Assembly (NCBI GenBank): GCA_050084515.1
Contig: CM114271.1
Coordinates: 23,002,001-23,066,000 of the forward strand
Direction: 5' to 3'
DNA from: Blasia pusilla
Taxonomy: Eukaryota
Length of the DNA: 64,000 nt
The notes below the pieces were generated by a model, which was not told the DNA's origin, ran no database searches, and saw nothing but the letters and a program-made list of their open reading frames with translations. How positions within the stretch are numbered: the stretch's first letter is position 1; each line of letters starts with the position of its first letter. Shown in pieces: positions 37,801 to 51,532 of the stretch. Made by a program: the position numbers and the translations under genes.

Positions 37801-40800
37801 CTATTATTTGATCTATGGTGATGTACCCGGCTGGCATGAAGTCACTGGAATTTGCACCACCTGCGCTTCCTTGCCCAGGAGCTGAGGACCAAGTATCCGA
37901 GTTATGGAATTCCTCGCCGCTCTGGCCTGAAATCTCCCGAGATCCTGCGGTCAGGACGCCAAATACTAATTCAGAAGCTTGAAATTGACTAAAAACGTAT
38001 TCAACCAGATGGCAGTCATCTTATGACCCGTTGCAGGAGCTTTTCTCAGAGGTGCTTTCCCGTGAAGACGTGCGAGTGATAGCGAGGTGAACAGGGAAAG
38101 CGAATCAAGGTGAATTGTTAACTTGTATGGTCCTGTGCAGGTGCAGGAACGTGAGGAGTTCGTAACGTTACAATGTTAGGGTGAGTAACACCACATAATC
38201 TGAAGAGCGACGTCAGCCATATGATGTGACGAACTCACCAGAGTGCAGAGGTTGTGCAGCTGCAGACTTAGCTGGCAGTCCGGAGACGTTCTTCTTTCCG
38301 TATTTTCGATAGCAGCATGCGATGACGCAGAGGGCTATGAAAATTGCAAAGATCGCTCCGACTATCACACCGATTATAATCCCGACTTTAGAGCTTTTTG
38401 TCCCCTTGGAACTCGTATTACACTTATCGCCGGGTAAGCACAAAACTAATCGTGGATTCCCTGTGAACCTGCACACCCAAGAACATCGATCAAGTCAAGT
38501 ACAGCAGTGCATCTCTCAGTTGATCGCCGGATTCAACATTCATTTGGACCCGGAGTCACACAATAATCTGATCTCGATCTTGACCCTGACGAACGGGATC
38601 TAAAGGTGCACACACACATGAAGCCGAACGACTCGCTCTGGACCCAAATATCTAATGAAACCTCCTTGAATTTGCCAACCCTGCATAATCATGGTGAGAG
38701 CACACTGGACGCCATTGATCTCAACCTCTTCTCCCGGACCCCGGAAAAGAAAGGAGGATTGGTTTTGAAATTACGTGAAGCCATTTCTGTTTTGGAACGG
38801 AATTGGAATGTATCCACTCAAGTTGTTGTTATCCAGTTTCCTATTCATGCACAGACGGGCTATGAGTTAGGTGTGTCAATCTCGCGTACGGACTTCCAAT
38901 ATCATTCCAAATCTCGAACATTCTGAGCAAAGATGATTCAGGAACGCCATCGGTATGCGTTGAACGGGGATCGGATAGAACTGTACGCGCAATGCCCTTT
39001 CCCGGAAGTTCCTCAATAACGAGGTCATTCTGAGACTTTCTGAGCATAACAATGACAACTTGAACAAGGAAAAACTAAAAAATCAAAGCGATTGGATGAT
39101 TATTCCGGCGCAGTCTAGATCCAGACAAGACTAGGAACGTTGCCAGTACTAAGCAGTTAGACACGTCCCGCGGAACGTCCATCTGCCTGTAGGTACGGGG
39201 TAAGTGAAGACGTTTCTTTATCAAGTTAGATCGGTGCGTGAATTCGAAGTTACAGTAGTTGTAATGTGTCTGCTAGACGTGCACCATATTAGACTTTCCA
39301 AAGACACCTGGAACAAACGACAGATGCGTCAACATTTGAACGCAACTTACAGGATTCTCAATCTTGGGAGGTCGGTTACCATAGAACTGGGGATCGATCC
39401 AGTCAGGTCGTTGTTGTCTAAATCTCTGCCAGTAGACGTCCACAGAGAAACACATCAGCACAAGAACGATTACTGCTCTTATTGACCCGGGAATCAGTCC
39501 CATCGGAGCAGCAAAACCTGGTAGTCGTGCCGACCTATAACTCATTAACATGCAATTGCTCTATGGTCATTCGCAGGACAGTAACACGAGGTTACAATTG
39601 AAATCGCTGCAGGGAAAACCTTACATACGTTACATTCCTAGCATCAAAACATCTAAACCAAGTATCCATTGATCAATCAACTCGTAATTTGACGTCGGCA
39701 TACCTATGGACTCCCTGGACTCGACTTCCCCGGCCCGACACCTATGAGGTTAATCTGGATTTTGAACCAGATCAATCAAAGAAGGCCCTCCTTGTCCATG
39801 TCCACGGCGAAGTAAAGTAGAGCTACTTACAGTACTTCCAGAGATTTTAGTCCATCTATTTCCGGAGGAATCTCGCCGCTGAGAGACATCCTCGAAAGAT
39901 TCCTGGATCACCAAGCAGTACTTGTCAGAAGTTGTGTGCGTTAGGTCTTAGATCAAGCCAATGTCGGTCCAAGTTTAGATGAAGCAGTGCTTTCTCCTGC
40001 CTGAACCTCTGCATCTAGCACTCACTGCGAAGCTGACGAGCATTTGAACAGTTGATCTTACACATATTAACCACTGATGAATTTTTATAATATCCATTCT
40101 AGATTCTTCAGGAGTACAATTCGATCAGTCCACTAGCGGCTCTGTTAAGAGCTAATGAATTCCTCAAACATCTTGAAATTTGTTGTAGAGCGGCTCGTTA
40201 CTTTGGTAAGAGATCTTACAGAGTGACGACTCTGGAGGTTGCAGGATCGCAAGCAATCCAGTCCCAGGGCACTGGGTAGCATGGGTCGCCCGTCCAGTCC
40301 GTCAAATTGAAACTCGCCTGTATACTTTGGATTGGAGTCACTGAGCAGCACACGATTATCCCAAGAGAGGAATCAATTTCAATTCCTGACTAGAACTTCT
40401 CTCTGCAATGTTCTCTCATCCACTACCTTGATTCGCTTTCCCTGTTAAGTTCCACCTAAAATTCTGAAGAAAAACTTGTGCGAAAGCCAAGGACTTCGAA
40501 AGCGTTATCACTCTTACGATTCCGCAGACTCAACGTTTCTGAGCACCCCTGAGCAGCAGATTCGTTCCAACAGTCCCCAACATCCGAAAAGCAGATGTGT
40601 AATTCGGGGCTACATATCTTCTACCAAGGTTGAGTTTAAGACCAGCGAAGCACGAAGGCTTTCTCAAATTGATAATCAGCACAACAAATTCGAATCGAAG
40701 ATGATACATGGACGACGCTGTCGTAGAGAAAGTCAGGCATCGGAAATGCGAGACGATCGAGCTACTTTTAAAAGGTCCCTATAGATGACATGATCCCATG

Positions 40801-43344
40801 GCCCGTGGGAAAGAAATTGATAGAACGAAGTACATGTGATGGTTTGGCATTGTTACCGTCTGCTGGGTCGATCGCAGACAAGTTGATGTCGGCAACTCTA
40901 TAGATCTCAAGCGCGTTCAATATGGGATCGTACGAGGACCATTCCTGCTTCTCGATGGTGATGTTCACACCATCGTCTGTCACGTTGTACACATTAAAGA
41001 TAATCTCATGGACTCTGTCAGAGATGTTCAACTGGTATGGAATATCGTCCGCGACTGTAATGATAACGCCGCGGGGGTCAGCCGCCGAGTAATTGGACCG
41101 CAGTTCTTGAAAGTATAATGCCACAAACACCCTGTCTGTGGCCGTGAAGAAGTCGTAGCGATCCGTGATCTTTGGGGCAGTGAATGCATCCATCATGACT
41201 TTTGCTGGAGGCATATTATACCCCAACGCAGGTTTCGGAAACGGATCCGGCAATGCAGATGCGTTTACCAAGCTCGCATACTTGGCCATCCGAAGCGTAT
41301 CCGGAAACCAGTAGCGATCGAAGTCATCGTCTGGGAACCTGAAACATCCATCCACTTCAACGACTCAGATCTACAGCCGGCTTCAGTAAAGCTCGCATGT
41401 CATGACGAATGAACACATTCTCCCGAAGGAACCAATCACTAGGTCATGAGGGAATCCCAATCACGATTAAGGAGCCAACTACCTCTGCACCGGTGGTCGA
41501 GCGTAGTAAGGACGTCGAGAATTTTAGGACAGGGGAATGTCGATTGCTGTACTATTTTCCTAATGAAAAATTCCGCCGAATTCTGAGATCATCCCGTGTG
41601 ATCTCAGAATCGGGATCGCAAATACAGCCTACAGCTTCCATTACTCAACAATCATTAAAACACGGGGGTACAAATTGCACGCCAACGGGTAGAAATGCCT
41701 TACTGCGTGATGACTCGATTGGGGCCATCGTTGTTTCGGTACAGATTAGCCAAGAACTGGCCTTCTCTGACCACTGAGTAAGAGACAGGATTCAGCTCCC
41801 GCAACTCAATCGACGTAATGTATGGTATACTTTGCGTACCCTTCAATAAGCAAAGATAGACCTCATTTGACTCGCTGAGGAATACGGAGTCAAAGACAAT
41901 AGGTGTGTTGATTACATTCGCTGCTGATGGGGAAAGCGACCACTTGAACCATGGATTGCTGTTCACGGTGACGTTGAAGTCGACTGGTAGAGGAATGTCT
42001 GCGACGCCATTGTGCAGTAGTATGACTCGCAGCTGATACGTGGCTCCCACGGTCAGCGGCAACACGTAGCAGTGCTTGCTGCGTCCGTCTGGGAAAATTC
42101 TGTTGTGCTGCCTGGAGCGGAGCAGCGGAAACTGACCTATAGTGATCGTTTCGCCGCTCTTTATGTACTTATCATCCGGGATCCAATCGATTCCGAAACC
42201 ATCCGTGTACGCTCCAGTTCCACCGCAATCGATGCTCAGAAACGCTGCCAGATCCAATTTGAGAGGGTTAAAGAGTGCAAAAATGTGAAGACTAAGTGTG
42301 CACACCCCGACTCAGCGTATCCGCACTTGCATTACCAACTGTAGGACGCCCACTCCCTACCAATCTACTCGCACACCGACGACCTGCCCGCCATTGGAGG
42401 CTCAAAATGATTCAATACCACCCTCAGTAGTTAACTATCACTACATGTATTTCAATACAGAGATACCTCTCTACCCTGCAGATATCTTCGACATATACCC
42501 CCTTTCATGATTCGATCGTATTTTCGAATGACCGACTTTTCTAGTGGACTTGTCCCTGCTAACCCTAAACATCTAATGTCCCTAGTATGAAATTTGGATG
42601 ATCCTAGCGACCATAGATAAGGTAGCCCTTAAGCGATCACTGTAGTTTGCTCTTGAGATTCATGCGATGCTAGCCAACCGTATTTCGTACATGACTAGCA
42701 ACAGACTTTTTTCCATGCGGCTATCCGGGTCGGCACACTGTCTCCGGTCGTATGCTGGAGAGCGGATAGGTCCCGTCTGATCGGCGAGTTCTTGGGAATC
42801 ATGCTCTCTGCCTAGTCAATAAAGCCTAATGGACAGGAAGATACTATAAATCTGGGAGCATTGAATTGGAACTCCACTGAAATCCTAGTTCATGATATTT
42901 TGATGCCAGTTTACTCGCTACAACTGGAAGGTCGATGAGAGTCGACATATATCGATCTCAGTTAGAGATCAGCCCATAGAAACTAACGACGCTATACTGA
43001 GCATCCTAAAAGCCACTCGGACGCACCGAAGTTCCAAACTCGGCAACGAACTGGAAGGAAGGTAAAAGTCGACCGTGATGAACTCGATCACAGCGGATCC
43101 CCGCGCGTCTGAACGCTCTGATCTAATTGCAGCAGACAATGGGAGAAGCTTAAAGGTGTGATTGATCAGCTTCAATCAGCACTAGTCCAATTTAATGCCA
43201 CGCACAAATAACAACTTTCAGTTTAGGCTAGGTCACCGGGGACTTACAGCTCGTGTTCCCAACTGCCGTGCATTTGACGCAGAGGGCACATAGAAGCAGA
43301 AGAATCTGCAGCGACGCGGAAAACCAACCCATGCGTTTTCCCAT
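34813..43344 (-). CDS. Malectin-like domain LRR receptor-like Ser/Thr kinase (LRR-I type), ~974 aa. Exons 43344-43248, 42244-41704, 41338-40857, 40340-40220, 39902-39831, 39425-39351, 38840-38775, 38468-38239, 37944-37658, 36881-36755, 36625-36557, 36276-36090, 35898-35766, 35250-34813
   Basis: Signal peptide ([16 protein letters not shown]); [42 protein letters not shown]; three single-LRR exons; [27 protein letters not shown]; kinase [49 protein letters not shown]. All introns are GT-AG and phase-consistent. Confidence 0.96.
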
Positions 43345-43881
43345 TAGAGTACGATGACGGCCCGGTCTCCACTGCTGTTCGTAAGAACCAACCTGAAAAA
43401 TCCCGAGCAATGGAATCTCCTTTTCCGCTGCCTTCCCAGTGATCATGTCCAACAAGAATGGCTCTTTTACAGTCCACGTCATCTACCGATGGACCCTTGC
43501 TGTAAAGACGCCTTCCACACATGAACGCAACTGGTGCCGGTGAAGCCGATCCGACTACATTCGCAAATGATTGGCAGAATTTTCTCCGCACGGCTACACA
43601 CAATCGAGTTTCGAATCCACCACGCGACGATTCAACTTTACACCGGCCAATGCGCACACTGCATTAGTAAGTGAACCGGGCAGGCCGCAGCACCACCCCA
43701 AACATTCTTCCACCAGCTCTGGATTGCGATGCGGGCGAGTGCCGCTCGCATTGCGTCACAGATCTGTGCTCCTCTACGCTTTGAAGCCTATAGGCTGTTT
43801 GTCGCCTCCCTCATCATGCGACCGCCCGCGCGTAACACGAAAGACAGGGCACTCTTCGGTGGAGTTCCCGATTCGGGAGTT

Positions 43882-44034
43882 TCTAGTTTGGATGCGTGGA
43901 GTCGATGGAGCTGTTCTCATCCGTCTAGTTTGGATCCATGGAGTCGATGGAGCTGTTCTCATCCGTCTAGTTTGGATCCACGGAGTCGATGGAGCTGTTC
44001 TCATCCGCCTACTTTGGATCCAGGGGGTCGATGG
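43882..44034. repeat. 42-bp tandem repeat, ~3.6 copies, in the 5' region of the LRR-RLK
   Basis: Unit TCTAGTTTGGATCCA(C/T)GGAGTCGATGGAGCTGTTCTCATCCG starting at 43882, 43924, 43966 and 44008 (partial). Confidence 0.95.
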
Positions 44035-45156
44035 GTTGGTTGCCGGTATAGCTGAAACTCCCGAATCTCCTGCAAGCAACAAGCAGACCCGACCCGACTG
44101 GGTCAGACAGATCGGGACTCGGGAAGGACTTCGCGCGGAGAACCGCTGGAGAACGAGGCAGGAGCTCTAAGTTGTCCGACAGGCGATCCTTCGCTGCAGA
44201 AGCCATCGACTCCGAGAGACAAATTTAGAATTCAGAGTCACATGACATAAGAGCGAGACGTCGGATGTCCCGATACATATACCCTATCTAGATTCCAGAT
44301 GTACCGTCGCGATGAGTTCCACATTTATGGTGATGTACGGTGGATGTCGATCCGGCCAAGAAGGGGTCAATGGCCTGCAGTTCCTGCTCATGATTTCGAA
44401 GTCAACTCATCATTGCCTAAAAGTATGCGCTGGCCTGCCACGAAAAACTCGGAAAGAGGCCCCTTCCGAGTCCTCCCGATTCCCGAAGCATTGCGTCTTA
44501 GTTATTGGAACCACGTTGGAACTTGACTGGGTCCGTGTACTTTTTCCCGGCGAGCCGGACGGGAAGTTTTGAAATTTCCCCGTCGGCTATTTTGATACGA
44601 AGGTTCACAAACTCGACCGGCTAGGTCAACGCAAATGCGGACGTGGTAGGGAGCTAGCTTTCCGACCCACGTATGAAAACTAGCTGGCCGCTTGGGAGAG
44701 CGATATCTAGAGTAACCATAGCCCATGTGCCGGGTCCCATGGGCCAGCTACGCCCTTTGAAAGCGTGCATATCTACATGCATTCCTGTGTGAGGGGAGTT
44801 TTTGGTTTTCTTGTGCTCGTATTTTTTTTCGAAAAAGAGAGTCTTAGATATTTTTTCCGTGCATATCGTTATACATTATATATTTAAACATATACAAGAT
44901 CTCATATTACTTCATGACAAACAATAAAATAAAAAGTGTCAAAATATTTTTAATAAAATAAAATTTTTCTTACAATATGATAATTTTCATATGTTTTCAA
45001 ATCAAAACATTCTTCTAATGAGAGAGTTGGGTTACGTTTACAAGGCAAGGGATCATAATTCCGTCGTCTTGTATCAAGAGGTTCAACAAAGAAAGAATGA
45101 GTTTTCTCTTCTTGAGATATATCCCTTCCCTCTCTCAAGCTCGCTCTTCGATAAAC

Positions 45157-45252
45157 TATGCTCGCTATTGACCTGCTGTAGCGAGTCAAGGGCCACTTCC
45201 TCGGTAACCTATGCTCGCTCTTGACTTGATCTAGGGGTCAAGGGCCACTTCC
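45157..45252. repeat. Two diverged ~53-bp tandem copies
   Basis: CTATGCTCGCT.TTGAC...GTCAAGGGCCACTTCC occurs twice. Confidence 0.75.
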
Positions 45253-47618
45253 CAAAGTGTAAAGTCAACTCTACCGAATATAGAAACTTACCCAAAATAG
45301 TGAGTTTTTCTATATTGTTCCAAATGAGCCGAAACGAAGGGAAACCTGCTCTTTTAGGTCTCCCAGGACGTCAACATATCATCCTTGACCTCTTGATCAT
45401 GTCCTTCTCCACTCATGAAGGCGATCTACCAAATCTCTCCAATCTATCCTAAAAAGTGGTAACAGGTGTCGTGCGCATACACATCGCTATGCAACATACG
45501 CCACTGTCGACAAACATACACACAAACGCACACGATCCCATGCTAACTCATGGTATCCAAACAACGAGACAAGAAGTACCAAAATATTTCCAATTGCCCC
45601 CCTAGTTGGTGGTTAGATCCCTCTAACTCCAGATAACTATCTCTCCCTACCTATCTTGACATACATCTCTCGGACGCTGAGCGCAAAAAGGTCGGGTACT
45701 CATGTGGCCTCATCTTTAGTCGCCTTCTTGTCATGCATGTCACAGACATAAGTAGGAATCTAGAACTATCTACTTTAAGTACATCTGAGACACATCCATC
45801 GTCCCTCAAGAACGCTAGTGAGAGGTTGCGTTAGACATGCCATACGCCATCCTCTCAAACACCCATCACAGACTAGCATAATGGTTGCACCACGGGCGGA
45901 ACCACACAACATAGACCGCAAGCTTACAAGAATTTATGCTAAGCTAGGATCAACTGTACCGTCAATGTTCGTAAGATGACATGACGTACAGTTACACACA
46001 TGGTCCTTCTAAACCATACCATTGCGTCCCTCTAATAAGAGAACACCGGATGGTAAAACCTCACGCACTCTCAAGATGGTACGCCCTGAAGACACATCCA
46101 ACCTCATGGATGACGTCTGCTGCAAGTAGACATAGTCTCCCTGATGAAATCTCCGAATGGTAGGTTGATAACCACCTCCCCGAATAGTCGCTTAGCACAA
46201 CGCATCCCGATGTTGCGCAATCGCCAAGTTCTCAAATACCATGGGTATCACTCTCCGTAATAACTCAACCCTTTGAGAACATGGTCGCGTCCATAAATCA
46301 GGTTCATCAAGGTTCAACACCTCACCAACATCTTGATGAATGGCCGTAGGTAAATTTGGCTCTTGGCCATACAAAAGCAAGTACGCTGAGAAAGACGCCA
46401 AGGATGCATGCCTCCTGAATATGTATCCCATCACCAACCACGACAACTGGAGGTCCCAATCTCCTAGGTGACCTCTCTGCAAGCCATACTTGGGTAATCC
46501 TCTCTTCACCATCTACACAACCCTTTCCGCTAGTCCATCGCCAAGATGATCTCGCGAAGTGATGCGGTGGTCTATGAGCGCCTGATCTCACAAGGCGTGA
46601 AACTCTTGACGAAACTCTGTATTGTGGTATGTCAACACCCCAGTTAGTGCCCCGTAATGACTCAGCACTCGATCTAGGAAGGCATATCCTTCTCCCTCAC
46701 TCACTTTGTCAAGAAATGCAACCAACTCTATCCACTTTGAGATATGCTCGACCAGTACCAAAACATACCGACTATGGCCTTCCATCAAAGGTCAAGGTCA
46801 TGCAAAATCCAAACTCCATCTTTTACCTAAACCCATGATCGGAAGTGGATGCAATTGTGGAGTGGCAACATTGAACGATGGTCGGACTTGATCACACACC
46901 ATACATCTGGCATTTAACTGCCGAACACCACTTTGCATGCCTCGCCACCAATACTATATCCAGAGCAAGCTATATGTCCGCTTCACTCCAAAATGTCCCA
47001 GCTCCTCGTGGGCATGACATACCAAACGTGCTTTCTGTGAAGAATGAGGCACTACACGCACTCTACCATCCTCCCGAACTCGCAACACATGTGTCCCCTC
47101 CCACCGGAATTGTATGGCTCACTGTAGGATCCGATCCCACTCTCTAGCATCCATTGAGCTCGCGACGCTGCCAATACGCGAGTACTCCAAGACCACTCCA
47201 TCGTCATGAATATCTCGGCCACCTGTCGTCTCCTCCTCGGCCTTTGGATCTAAGGACTCTCCATCAGACCTCGCCATCGAAGTCTCAACAATCTGGCTCT
47301 CAATAGCCAAGAAGCCCAAATAGGGTGCCGGGTGCTATCCAGACACCAACTCCTCATCACTCTCACCATGCCAACGAGCTCTAGTTGCATCTCGCTGACT
47401 TGGGCATGGGTTATGGCTCAAACCATCTACATCTTGGTTGAGTGTCCCATGTCTATGCACCATATGGAAGTCATACTCTTGCAACAAAAGAGCTCACCTC
47501 GCAAGGCTCCCTGTAAGCTTGTCGGACTCCATCAGCCACTTAAGTGGTTGATGATTAGTAATGATGATAAAGGGATTGGTGAATAAATAACACTTGAATG
47601 TGCGACAACCCACACCGT

Positions 47619-48188
47619 TGTCGTGTCGAGAATCTTTCTTCGAGCAAGGGCGGGCCTTCAAGCTGCGGTAGATGCGGTCGATGCAAGGTGAACTCTCTAA
47701 TAAGTTCTCCTTTTTCAATACAAAATTATGATGTACACTCTCCATTCTCTCACGACAGGTATCACAAATGGAAGTGCCGAGGCGATCACTTCTTCGTAAC
47801 ATCGGACCCCGAAATTCCTAACTATAAAATCCCTATAAACTATTTTACGTTTGTACACGAGGAAGATAGCACAATTAGTGTTAAACCCTACTTGACCAGG
47901 CCTATTGACATCCATGGATCGCTATATAAGGACATACAAAGTACAATCCCATGTCCTTCCATATGTGACGATAGGAAGAATCACCGGAGTTGGAGATTGC
48001 ATGACCTGGTTCATGAACGCCTCTCCAAAGTGATAAATTAAATAGCGAGTGAACCAGTGCCTATCTACAAAGAGTACCTTGATATAGTAAGGATTGAGAA
48101 AAGGAAAGTCAGGTACAACTCGTGCTCCACCCCTATCCATGCTTGACAGACATTCTCTACTCTCCTCAAGAATGGGTTTTGGCGGAGT
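47619..48188 (-). repeat. Partial LTR (terminal 570 bp) of the nested element
   Basis: Colinear with 50163-50728 and ~57307-57876; joins directly to protease sequence at GGCGGAGT|CTTCGCGACATG. Confidence 0.93.
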
Positions 48189-50099
48189 CTTCGCGACATG
48201 ATGTTGATCTCCGAACCATGATCAACGAGAGCCAGAACTGACTCTTGAAGAGAGCCAAGTCGAACTCTAGCCTCCGTCGTTGCACGCGCCCAATATGATC
48301 GAGAATAGTGTCCACCATTATGCCTTTCTTCACTTCGTTCTGTCAAGGCTTCTCCTACTCTCGCCTCTTTTCCTCGTAAGTCAAGCTTTTGTCCAAACAC
48401 TTGGCAAAGCTCTTCATCTTCTTCTTCTGTGATGTCAGTATCCAAAGCTCTCACCATCACCATATCTGCAGTCATCTGCCTCTTCCTTTTGATCACATCT
48501 ATGATCAACTCATGAAAGTCACGTTTGGCTATGCCCAAGACTTCCCTCAAAGAAAACTCTATTTTCGCATCCAAAATCCTCTCCTCAAGAATCTCCTTTA
48601 AATTTGTGCTTGTCTCGATATCAGACTGCAGCTTGTATGTAGGAGTCTTACCCTTGGTCTTCTGAGGAGACCTCAATTCGTTCTCCTTTGTCCCTGCTTC
48701 TTTGACATGAGAATCCCTCACAGATTCAAATGTGGAAGGTCCTTCTTCTCTTGATGTCTACGCCTCCGGTTGTCCTTTTCTTCTTAAGATCCTTGCTCTT
48801 CTTGCGGCTTCCTCAGCATCAACACCATCATTGTCGCGTCTCCTCTTCTCCTCCACACTAGCATCTTGCCAACTCACATGTTTCTCTTGTGCTAGGTATG
48901 CTTTAACACACCCTGACTTCCACTGGATCATCCCATCGTCGGATGACGGATAGTCTCTCGCCCCTCGTATCATAACTTCTCGAGGAAATTCTAATGATTC
49001 ACTTTTAGCTACAGATACAATAGGCGCTGCAATTTTTACTACAAAGGTGTCAGAATCTAATGTTGTAGTGGCAACTCCTACTTGACTTCTCACTAATCCT
49101 TTCATACCTCCTCTACCAAAGTTGGTATTCAACGGCATACCAGTCTGCGTCGAATGAATCTTCCCATCTTTGAAGTTTACTATTCCATTTCTAAGAGCTT
49201 CTGAAAATTCCTCACATTCTCGAGTTGATGCTCAACACTATCACACCATATACATCTTCTCACAAAGTTCTTACTTGTTGAAGGAGCACCAACACTAGGA
49301 TTCCTATCAAGTTTAAGCTCACCATTTCTACTCTCAACTCTCTCAAACCTTTCACCAACTCATCAATGGTAGAATCTTCAAGCTTTCTTTGGCATGGGCT
49401 TAGGCAATGGATTTGAAATTGGTACCTCCGACTTGTATATCTTTGTGGTTCTACCTCTACCGACTTTGCTTTGTGAGGATAGCAACTTCTTCCACTTTCT
49501 TCCAATTAGTCTTGACACCTCCTTCTTCATTCTTGTCCGCCAACATTATGAAAAGCTTGTCCTCCAAATTCTCATCTGTCGCCTCAAGGAATAACTCCGT
49601 TTTCCTCAAGTCTAGAGTTGCCCTTCGGAAGGAGAAAGCTGAAAAATCGCTTCTCAAACTCACGCAACAACTTATTTGGAGTCATTCCCTTCCTCGGCGT
49701 TGCTCTATCCATTCTAGAAAACTTCTTAGTCACCCGATCCACATCATCATCGAAGAATTCTCCTTTTAGCAATCCTCGTACTCCTCCCATGAGGTTGGAT
49801 TTTCTGCTCTCAACTTCTTTACTTGACTACGGATCTCGGTATTTGACTAACTCAAAACTTGACACCATATCACCTTCGGGTACACGATTTACCTCCATCT
49901 CAAGACGTACTCTCGAACATACTTGGTGATGTTCCGCCATCAAATCTCCCCAACTTCTTCACAATCGCTTGGAGAGCCCTTGTTGATCTTTGCTCTCCGA
50001 TGTGAACTCCTCTTGTTGGCTCAACAATGTTGTCAAAGTTAGGAGAAGATCCGAGCTCCCTCAGTTCCCATTGATGAAGTACTCTCAAAAGTAGTCATC
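48189..50099 (-). pseudogene. Second copy of gag (CCHC zinc knuckle) and start of the aspartic protease
   Basis: Near-identical to 55353-57240; KKLGRFDG; CIWCDSVEH...C; ALVDHGSEINIMSR. Confidence 0.88.
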
Positions 50100-50142
50100 T
50101 TGATAAGACTCAACTTGCAAACACAAACTACCGCCTCAAAGA

Positions 50143-50160
50143 TCTCGAGTGGAAGCACCA
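50143..50160 (-). promoter_or_regulatory. Primer-binding site downstream of the middle LTR
   Basis: TGGTGCTTCCACTCGAGA, 2 nt after the LTR end ...ACGACA; starts with TGG (complement of tRNA CCA). Confidence 0.8.
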
Positions 50161-50162
50161 TT

Positions 50163-51439
50163 TGTCGTGTCGAAAATCTTTCTTGAGCAAGGGCGTGCCT
50201 TCTAGTTGGTAGATGCGGTTGATGCAAGGTGAACTCTCTAATAAGTTCTCCTTTTCAATACAAAATTATGATGTACACTCTCCATTCTCTCACGACAAGT
50301 ATCACAAATGGAAGTGCCGAGGCGATCACTTCTTCGTAACATCGGACCCCGAAATTCCTAACTATAAAATCCCTATAAACTATTTTACGTTTGTACACGA
50401 GGAAGATAGCACAACTAGTGTTAAACCCTACTTGACGAGGCCTATTGACATCCATGGATCGCTATATAAGGACATACAAAGTACAATCCCATGTCCTTCC
50501 ATATGTGACGATAGGAAGAATCACCGGAGTTGGAGATTGCATGACCTGGTTCATGAATGCCTCCCCAAAGTGATAAACTAAATAGCGAGTGAACCAATGC
50601 CTATCTACAAAGAGTATCTTGACATGGTAAGGATTGAGGAAAGGAAAGTCGGGCACAGCTCGTGCTCCACCCCTATTCATGCTTGACAGACATTCTCTAC
50701 TCTCCTCAAGAATGGGTTTTGGCGGAGTTATTCTCCCAAGAGGGGTAATCCACTCTCATTGGGAAAGTAACAAGCCAAAACATCCGCTATTTTAGTATGA
50801 CTAAACTCCTCTACGGTGACAAACCTCTCATCCCCACACACACACATAAACCACACTCTAGAAACCTCTCGAAGAATAGACCATGATCAAGTTACTCTCC
50901 CAAGAGGGGTGATCCACTCTCATTGGAAGAGCAAGCAATCCCAAAGCCATACACTCAAGAGAGACACGAGAGACTCAAGATGTGGAATAGAAGGTGATGA
51001 ACCCTTGAAGGTCCCTCCTCTTTATATACTCACAAGGGATCCACAAGAGTACTGAGAAATAGAGCTTATCTTATCTTGTGCCACATGGCTTCCTCTCAAG
51101 GCTTAGCCAATCACATTTTGACACAAGTAGATTTCCTCTTATCTCTTCCAAAATATCCTCTTTTACCCACATGATATTTTCCAAATTACCCCAACTAACC
51201 TAGCCACCAACCAAGACTACTTTTGCTTTTCATTAAAGCAACTACTTTACTTTTATAAAGTCATCTTTTATTTATTACCTCCTTTTCCTAAAGTTGGGCC
51301 CCATATAAAAGAGGCACCATAAAGAGGTTTAAACATAAGAATCTCCTTTTTCTAAGCCAATTTACTTAATACTAATGAAACTCTATCTAACACTTAATGA
51401 CGAAGGAGTTTACATACTGGTTGATTTTACTTTACGACA
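50163..51439 (-). repeat. Middle full-length LTR (1277 bp)
   Basis: TGTCGT...ACGACA termini; near-identical to 57307-58583; preceded on the minus strand by PPT GGAGGGGTGAA (51440-51450). Confidence 0.96.
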
Positions 51440-51532
51440 TTCACCCCTCCAAACCTGCACATCCTCCGGTATGTGCCGAAAACATCAAGACTTCTTGCTA
51501 TAGACTTACTTATGTTGTGCCTCTAGACACAT

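Noticed and set aside
43345..43482. In-frame upstream ATGs extending the RLK N-terminus
   Set aside because: They lie upstream of a good acceptor (TTTTTCAG at ~43393) and would bury the signal peptide, so they are probably in a 5'-UTR intron
43882..44034. Repeat array as a possible CRISPR or as a repeat protein (LVWIHGVDGAVLIR)n
   Set aside because: The units are contiguous with no unique spacers, no cas genes are present and the context is eukaryotic; the ORFs stay open simply because the unit is 42 bp
45467..45604. Candidate short 3' LTR of the host Ty3 element (purine tract AGGGGGGCAA, then TG...ACGACA)
   Set aside because: Only ~126 bp and no matching 5' LTR in the window, so it is not reported as a separate feature
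47598..48140. Recurrent small ORFs shared by 47.6, 50.2, 57.3 and 60.6 kb
   Set aside because: They recur only because they lie within LTR copies, and they open on both strands without coding signal
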